Assembly (NCBI GenBank): GCA_002245135.1
Contig: NGBS01000926.1
Coordinates: forward strand, 1-43,417
Origin: Proteromonas lacertae
Taxonomy: Eukaryota
Length of the DNA stretch: 43,417 nucleotides
Direction: 5' to 3'
Shown: in pieces, positions 36,180 to 43,417 of the stretch
Numbering within the stretch: the first letter of the stretch is position 1
Layout of the letters: each line of letters begins with the position of its first letter
Program-made: the position numbers and the translations under genes
The notes under the pieces: generated by a model
Databases searched by the model: none
The model's input: only the letters and a program-made list of their open reading frames with translations
What the model was told of the DNA's origin: nothing

Positions 36180-37647
36180 TTAAACTACACTTACAATACC
36201 ACTTCCATTATTGGTAACCATACGTCCAGTGATGATATAGAAACGATGAGATATATCATTATTAGTAAAGTCATTCTTACCAGGTGTTGAAATTCAAGGT
36301 TATTTTCAAATCAGTAGCCAAAGGTCTACCTGCCTGGTTCTTAATATAGTCCAATCCTTAGAGCCAAAATTCAATATCTCAAAGAACTTGTCATTGAATT
36401 TTCATCTTTTCTGAATATATCATACCATGAGTCTTGGAAATATTCACGGACAGTCATATAACTATCATAATATTGCATAAGTGTATAATCTGGCTGATAT
36501 ACAAAATCATTGATCATCCATCTGAACTGTGCATTTTCAGGTATATGTGCATATCTTTTTAATGATTCTATCCATGGCTATAGATAAATGTAACGAACAA
36601 ATGTGCATTGGAACTATTCAATGTGAATGAATAATTGAATATGCCAGATCCACCTGATGGTACAACAATTTGATGACATCTGAAATCATTGAATTGAATA
36701 GGTTTTGATAAACAATATTGTTTGGTATTATTGTTGCATTGAGTATCCTTGTTGATATAGCATAAAATTTAAAATTCTTAAATGTCATATTTTTAATACC
36801 ACCATCCCTATCCCATGCTTATAAACATTATTTAAATCTTCATTACCATATTCATCAATTACAATATTCGGTTGTGTATATGATTTTCAAATTTCCATAA
36901 TTTGCTTTAGTTTGGAATCGAATGCATATATACATTCTCTCTCCAAAGAATACATCGCTCTTTAATGCAGCAAATGTATTGTAAAATTTACCTAGCTGTA
37001 ATTTAAAATGTAATGTCTTTTTGTTCTTATACAGAATAGCACTATTACTTTGTCATCACTTTCATTATAAATATCTACAGTATTAGTAAATTCATCTTCC
37101 GTTTCTTTATCCATTTTCCATTTATTAACATCTTGAATAAGATAACTGTGTTCATCGTTACTCCAATCTAATTGTATTCCATCATAGTAATTGTCTTGAT
37201 AGAATATATCAGATCTCTTTCTAACTAATTCATCCATAAATACACGATATGGTTCATATGAATCATCAAGCTTGACCAGATCTGTTCCAGTCTGGTTACA
37301 AATTCTAAAGAGGCCAAGCAAACCCTTCTTTAATTCCTTTAATATGACTAGGATATAGTATGCATCATTTTTAAGTTTAAAATTAATATCATTTGTTTTA
37401 TAACTAACAGTTCCATTTGCTGCTGCCCCTTTTACTTCAACATCTATATCGAATTGGATATATGACTTAGCTAAATTGATAATATTATCTCCACTTATCT
37501 CCCATCTGATCTCTTCTGAAAACGTATTATCTTCCAACTTGTATTCTGATGTTGATCCCATCGGAGTCAATCTCACATAATATAGAAGGGTAGCATCACA
37601 GGGACATCTACACCATGTTTCTGTTCTTTTGGAATAGATAAAGCCAT
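36180..37647 (-). pseudogene. Putative double-jelly-roll major capsid protein, multiply frameshifted
   Basis: ~1.47 kb between the penton and ATPase genes. N-terminal IRWEISGDNIINLAKSYIQFDIDV resembles Polinton MCP starts; the C-terminus is beta-rich, ending FYIITGRMVTNNGSGIVSVV. Confidence 0.6.
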
Positions 37648-37669
37648 TAGAAAACAAAAGAATAAAGAA

Positions 37670-38633
37670 ATATAAAAATTAGACTTTAATACAACAATAT
37701 CTAAATTAAACTCAATATTATCAAGATTAAGTTCATAGCCATTTTGTTGAGTAATCTGAATAATGATCATACCATTGTTATAGGTATTATTGAATCTCTT
37801 TGATGTATTCAATATGTCATTATTCTGGTATGTAATAAATGGTAACTCAGGATTTGAAACGGGTATATTTTCTAATACATTTGAATCTTACATATATTTC
37901 ACTATGTCTAATCTAATGGATATAGAATTAACCATATCAAAGAAGGACGAAATGGTAAATGAGTAAATGGAATGGCTTAACCATAATTTCTTGTTGATTC
38001 TCTGGTTCTTGATGGAATATATTCTTTAAAACAACACCAATAATTATTTTTGGTATGCCTTATATTTTGTAACTAAGATCTTTGGTGATGATCTCTAATT
38101 TTTCTATCCAATATACTGGGTCTTTTAGATAGTATATTATATTCATATCATTAGCTACCTCAATATGATATGTTTGATTGTCATCGAAATTGTCTATACG
38201 AAATAAATCTCCTTTTCCTTCTATAATAGACACATGTGAACCTTCTTCATTATATGTAGCATCATTTATTCCAAAAACATCATATTTCATATCTTTGACT
38301 AAATTATTAATCATATGTAATATCTGAGTTTCATCATAGAATCCTTCTGGTATTTTGAGGTGTTTTATGATGTTTGGATACTTTGGTGTATCTACTTGAA
38401 CATCATGTCTCCATCCCAATGTGAATACTAATGAAAACTCATCATTTGTTTCTTCCTGTATAGTTGGGAATGAATTGGGTATATAACAGCATGTAATAAG
38501 CTGACATGAGTATAATCATCATCGAATGATTGCAATTTTAATGTCTTCTTATACTTGTTTCCTCCACCCATGGAATCAGATATACAATCATATCAGAATT
38601 TAAGTAGTATACACGATGATTCGAAACTAACAT
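37670..38633 (-). pseudogene. Putative minor capsid (penton) protein, frameshifted
   Basis: VYYLNS, HVSLLHAVI..PNSFP, KIPEGFY..I..IN, IIIQITQQNGYELNLDN match the pattern of Polinton pentons. Confidence 0.65.
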
Positions 38634-38697
38634 AAGATAAAATCTATTTTGAAAATAAATTCGTTAATAATGTCAATATTGTCATTATTAGTATTAA

Positions 38698-38997
38698 TTA
38701 CACTTTTATTTTTTAAAATGAATAACGATCAGGAGCACAAATTAGAACAGTGCCATATAACTTTTGGAACTCTGATAAACAAATACTCATTAATTGCTTT
38801 AGAAAGATGGCAAAATGAGGGCACCAACCAAATCGAAATTATGGAATTTGATATGTGGCGAGAAAAAGGAATTAACTTATAGTGAGATCAGATATATACT
38901 CAAATACGTCGATGAACAGTATAGATTAGACTTGGAATATAGATTCAAAAATGGATGTTGGTGGGATGAAAAGAGGAAGTACATTATTGAATCATGA
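38698..38997 (+). CDS. Small hypothetical viral protein, frameshifted (ORFs 38649..38882 and 38815..38997)
   Basis: Overlapping same-strand ORFs. Confidence 0.4.
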
Positions 38998-39203
38998 AGC
39001 TAATATATTACCTCCTCCTCCTCCTAATGATAGTAGTAATAAAGAAATAGAAGAAATACAAGTCAAGCTTTGAAAATGACAATGACAATGTCAATCTCAC
39101 AGATTATGACTTATTTCCAATATCACCAAGATCCATTAAGGATGAATATATTAATAATAACCAATGTCTTGTAAGTTAGTTTATTGATAATAAATACATT
39201 ACT

Positions 39204-39482
39204 TTGATTAATTTTGTTTTCTTATATAAGATTCTCATAAACACACATGGACTTGATGTAATAACTGTTTTGCTTTCAGTTCTCGTATTTGTATTGCATA
39301 TGATAGCTTTGGCTCTTTTCAAATACTTAAAGGCACACAATTGTATTCCAAACAATACAGACATAGAAGAACTTAGAAATAATATAGATGCCATGATGAA
39401 TAAAGGGTTAGAACATGATAAGATACTTAAGGATATTCAGTCTCTTATTGAAATCACTAAACAAAGGAAAATGACTATTTAA
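39204..39482 (+). CDS. Small membrane protein with one TM helix and a coiled-coil tail
   Basis: Hydrophobic VITVLLSVLVFVLHMIALALF followed by heptads. Confidence 0.5.
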   Translation: MINFVFLYKILINTHGLDVITVLLSVLVFVLHMIALALFKYLKAHNCIPNNTDIEELRNNIDAMMNKGLEHDKILKDIQSLIEITKQRKMTI

Positions 39483-39533
39483 TTATTTTTTTATTTTTTA
39501 TATTATATTCTATTATGTTTTTTTGGTTAAACT

Positions 39534-39604
39534 TGTATCTTACAACATGGGCCAGTTGTAAGATACATCACAATTCAAGTTACAACTGGCGCCAGTTGTA
39601 ACTT
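39534..39604. repeat. Two related tandem palindromes
   Basis: 39534-39567 forms a 13-bp stem with an 8-nt loop; 39577-39604 is the perfect 28-bp palindrome AAGTTACAACTGGCGCCAGTTGTAACTT. Confidence 0.9.
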
Positions 39605-39709
39605 ATATTACAATCAAGTTGCAAAGTGGCGGCCGGATATAGCAATACCAAACACCAAAAACAAACACACATAACATTACATAAAAAACAGAATATATAT
39701 AGAATTACT

Positions 39710-40082
39710 TTAATTATCCATATTAGGAACTGGAATACCATACTGATAATGCCTGCCATTATGCACAACTATACGATGTGGATCATTCTTTGGCGCGGCT
39801 CGTGGCCCGGCTCGTCTTGGTTTACGTTTTGCTCTATCTTTACTTCCTTTTGGTCTTCCTCTTTGTTTAGGTGGATTAGCAGGCTAATAATCGTTCATAC
39901 ATTTTCATTAATTGTCTATATTGTAATTTAACTTTTGTTTTGTTTTGTAGTGCATTCTTTACTTTGTCTCTATACAAATCATAGCTCTTTCTCCATTTAC
40001 TCCTGTTAACTGATTTAGGAATATATGTATTCCAGTCTTTACTAATTTTAAACCCTTTTGGCCATCCTCCATAATAAGACAT
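39710..40082 (-). CDS. Basic AT-hook protein (frameshift near 39890)
   Basis: ORF 39876..40082 continues in another frame as PPKQRGRPKGSKDRAKRKPRR...PNMDN*. Confidence 0.6.
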
Positions 40083-40177
40083 GTTGTGATTTTTATAATT
40101 GATATTATTTAAATATAGTAACTATTAATAGTATGTTTACCAAACAAAAACAAACATATATAATAATATTAGAATTT

Positions 40178-40770
40178 TTAAGTATTTATCAGAGTCGCTA
40201 CTATTACTACTACTACTACTACTACTACTACTAATTCCATCAGCAACATTTCTATCAACTGGATGTATGTGATAAAAATTCCCTCCATTCCATTATAACT
40301 CATATGATGAAAAACATATTTTTTAAATTTTTGAGGAATACAATCACCATCTGCATACTCATGTTCTCCATTTCTTAATTTTCTATTCATTACTAATATT
40401 GAAGCTCTTCTGTCATACCCATAGGTTTTGAGGTTTATCATTAATTGATCACCATGATGTCTATAATCACCTAGTACTTCTGGATCATTTCTATTAGTTC
40501 TGAGTGAACCACATATAAACACCTTTACTTTATTTCTTTTTAATATTTTCATTGTTTTAATTGGAAATTGAATAACCCATCTATGTGCTCTATTGTCTCT
40601 ATATCTATGAATGTAAAAAGCATATTCACCGTTAGGTTGTCTAGTAATAATAATGTTTGAGGTTTGTTAAAAAAATAATATCTCACGATCCATTGACATA
40701 ATGAATAATCTGATGTGTTTCTTATTATATGGCATATCATAAGCAATCGATTTATGTAGTTAGATTTCAT
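40178..40770 (-). CDS. Hypothetical viral protein(s) (ORFs 40549..40770 and 40178..40552)
   Basis: Abutting same-strand ORFs; no family recognised. Confidence 0.4.
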
Positions 40771-40918
40771 ATATGTTTCATATTCAAAGATGATTTAGAT
40801 TATTGCCTGAAATGAGATATTGATATAATTGAGATGGGTATATACACTGGTAAGTATATATAAATAATACTTAGATTCTATCTATCATGTTTCCTTTATA
40901 GTTTTTTTCAAAATAGAT

Positions 40919-41590
40919 TTGAACAAGCCGGCAGGTTTGAAATCTATTTATCTTTTTAAAATATCAATGAATCAACGCATAGTATATTTCAAAGAAATAC
41001 CTAGCAGGTATACTGAGAAGGAATTTGACAACATTCTCTTTAATGGATCAATCATTCAAAGACATATTAGAGATTGCAATAGATATAAGTATTTATATAT
41101 ATATATTATATTATTTTAAATAGGTTTAATCCAGACAGCATATATTATGGTTCCTTTGATGCGTGGATCAATGATTTTAAAAATGTAGCCTTATCCACAA
41201 TGATATGGCTAAGATCTCCAAATTCAGATACTTAAAGGATCAATTATTGTATCTTTTCCGCTATTGTGATGATAATGAAAAATCAATTGTATATCATATA
41301 TTTATATTTTATTTATATAGTATGACAGAACTCTGGATTGGTTATATATAGATTTGAAACAATTATGTGATGATAACATGAGTGAATGGGGAGATGGAGA
41401 TCTTCCAACTGGATTCAGTCAAGAAACAGAAAAAGATGAACAAAGTAACATTATTGTATCAAGAGAAGATGATGATGATGATTCAAAAAGAAAAAGAAAG
41501 AACAACAAAGATGATGATGATGAAGAAGAAGAAAAGAAAAAGAAACATAGAAGAATGTTTGACGATGACGAAGTAGTAATAATTGATTAG
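40919..41590 (+). pseudogene. Right terminal viral gene (introns 41089-41123 and 41289-41320; one frameshift near 41200); paralog of 23357-24199
   Basis: The spliced product contains RDCNRY, EKSI|YDRTLD, WGDGDL and an acidic/basic tail. Confidence 0.65.
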
Positions 41591-41859
41591 GACTGCTAAT
41601 TAAGTCCTTAAAAAATAAACAATTATTATCATTTAAAAATTAAAATATTATTTATCATTAAAATAGTGTTTGTTTGGGGTTATTATAAGTGTATGTATAT
41701 ATGCGTAGCTAATTATACGCAAAATTTTTTTTAATTAAATTAGATTTCAATTATAGTCAAACATAAAAATAAATACATAGAAAGATAGAGAAAAAGAAAA
41801 CAAATCAATTGATATATTTATTATGTATTCAAACTAATCCTAGCTCTAACTATAACACT

Positions 41860-42220
41860 TAGAAAAATAGATGCATTTCGAGATTTGACTTGAACTCCAT
41901 TTTTTTGTTTTGTTTTTTTATTACATAGGATGGCCAATATATGTTGTCATATCACACCATATGTTGACCATCCTATTGAGATTGTTTTTATTGAATTATT
42001 TTTTGAAATTATATGTCATTCACTTTCTATGATTTGAATTAACTACAAAAATAGATTCATCATAAGATGAGGATTCAAATGGAATAATTATTTTTGTTTA
42101 AATTCAAAAAGAAAAGCGTAAAAATAATATAAGCTTGAATTATGGTTTGATTATGAAACGGACAAAAAAACAATAGGTTGTTATAGAACAGTGTTCTAAC
42201 AACCTTTCTTTCATTATTAT
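41860..42220 (-). repeat. Right terminal inverted repeat of the viral element
   Basis: Same blocks, with similar spacing to the left end once the hAT is removed. Confidence 0.8.
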
Positions 42221-42672
42221 TTAATCATTTGGTCTTCATTAGTAATTAAATGTTACTTCTCTTTTCAACACGCTCCATAAATTTACCGTATAAACTATTC
42301 ATTAATTTCTTTATATAGTCTGCAGTAGTATTTTGATTGTTTTCTTTAGCTTGGACTCGTTTTTGTACCATAGTATTAATATATTTACCCATATATAGAC
42401 CTTCAGTAAATCTCATTATTCTGTACACTTTACCCACTTTATAACCATGTTCAACTGCAAACTTCAAATTTGATAGTGTATTATATATTTTTCTTTAGGA
42501 TACAAATCAGTTATTAATTTTTCAGTAGCATGGTAAGTGCCTCTTTCTTTATATATAATACCAAGATTTTCAGCTCTTTCAGTTTGTATATCAGATAACC
42601 ATTCTTTAGGTATTTTCTTCCTTTCAGGTAGTAATGGGTATTCTTTAAATTTGTCTTGTAGTTCTATAGGTA
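42221..42672 (-). pseudogene. Fragment of a Polinton-type protein-primed family B DNA polymerase
   Basis: PIELQDKFKEYPLLPE, KLITDLYPK, LKFAVEHGYKV, KKLMNSLYGKF (motif B). Truncated at the viral TIR and near 42675. Confidence 0.88.
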
Positions 42673-42699
42673 AATTGTTTTGAATTTTTCTTTCCTAGT

Positions 42700-42845
42700 A
42701 TTATTCTGAGTTCGGCAACGGGACGTCCTTTTGTGTTTTGTCCCGTCCCTTGTCCTTTTCATACACTAAAACTTCTCGTTGATTACACATGTCCTCTTTG
42801 TCCCGGGACGTGTAGTTTAACACGTCCTTTTTTGTCCTATATTTT
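42700..42845. mobile_element. Possible end of another DNA transposon
   Basis: GC-richer block with repeated TGTCC/GGGAC motifs directly beyond the PolB break. No partner end is in the window. Confidence 0.35.
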
Positions 42846-43417
42846 TGAGTTTAAGTTTCTGTTTTTTTAATAAAAATATTCTGCAATAGCATTAAATAAG
42901 CTTAATATTAAGTATTACATACTATACTCAAGTCATTTTTGTATATCCTAAATAATATCTTTTGAAAATCCATTTAAGCATATTTGCTATATATATGAAT
43001 AATATTTAACCCACTTATACCACTTAGATAACTCTGTATAGTTCAATGAAGAATATCCCCATTTACAAACACTCATCACATAACAGAGCTTCACATGATA
43101 CATGCTTATCATTGCACTAATTTGTACTATAAAATATGCCTGGATTAAATACAAATAAAAAGTAAAAAAGAAAAATGTTTGATTAACTCGAGTTCTTGCA
43201 TTTTTAATATCATATATTATTTACCTTCTTCCATTTTTCGCGAAAGTATTTCAACCGATATATGGTTTGCAACATATGACATACTTTAGAATTTAAAGAA
43301 ATTTATGATATTATATCAACAATACCATGTTCAAGCTCTTTTATTGAGAGAATTTTCTCCATCGAAAGAGTAATACATTCATACAGGAGAAATAGATTAA
43401 ACTTAGATACTATTAAT

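Larger units (their letters stand above)
21857..42220. mobile_element. Endogenous Polinton/Maverick-like (adintovirus-type) virus, ~20.4 kb including nested hAT insertions
   Basis: Inverted termini (ATAATAATGAAAGAAAGG at 21857; reverse complement ending at 42220) enclose integrase, protease, ATPase and capsid-like genes. Confidence 0.85.

Noticed and set aside
42221..42672. PolB as the provirus's own polymerase
   Set aside because: It lies outside the right terminal repeat and is truncated by it.
42900..43417. Possible minus-strand coding fragments
   Set aside because: Multiple stops, no recognisable motif, and cut by the window edge.

Overview
AT-rich eukaryotic genomic DNA with very short (24-44 nt) GT-AG introns. 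The intron size and the TGTTTGTT motifs downstream of several genes would fit a Blastocystis-like stramenopile, but that host assignment is inference. The window has three parts. (1) 1-14718 is a giant near-perfect palindrome centred on a Mutator-like (MULE, SWIM) transposase. Each arm carries two bacterial-type acyltransferase-3/SGNH (OafA/OatA-like) genes and a hAT-derived element. (2) 15.6-21.8 kb holds host genes: three fucosyltransferase-like genes, a GT31 remnant and a DENN-domain gene. (3) ~21857-42220 is an ~20-kb endogenous Polinton/Maverick-like virus bounded by modular inverted termini. It encodes an rve integrase, an adenain-like protease, an A32-like packaging ATPase, and decayed major and minor capsid genes, but no recognisable polymerase. 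It also has adenovirus-like extras: basic proteins with protein-VI-like amphipathic helices after GG sites, and two tandem VA-RNA-like Pol III candidates. Paralogous genes sharing two intron positions sit next to each terminus. The right terminus truncates a protein-primed PolB fragment that lies outside the element. All calls come from reading motifs by eye; no searches were run.
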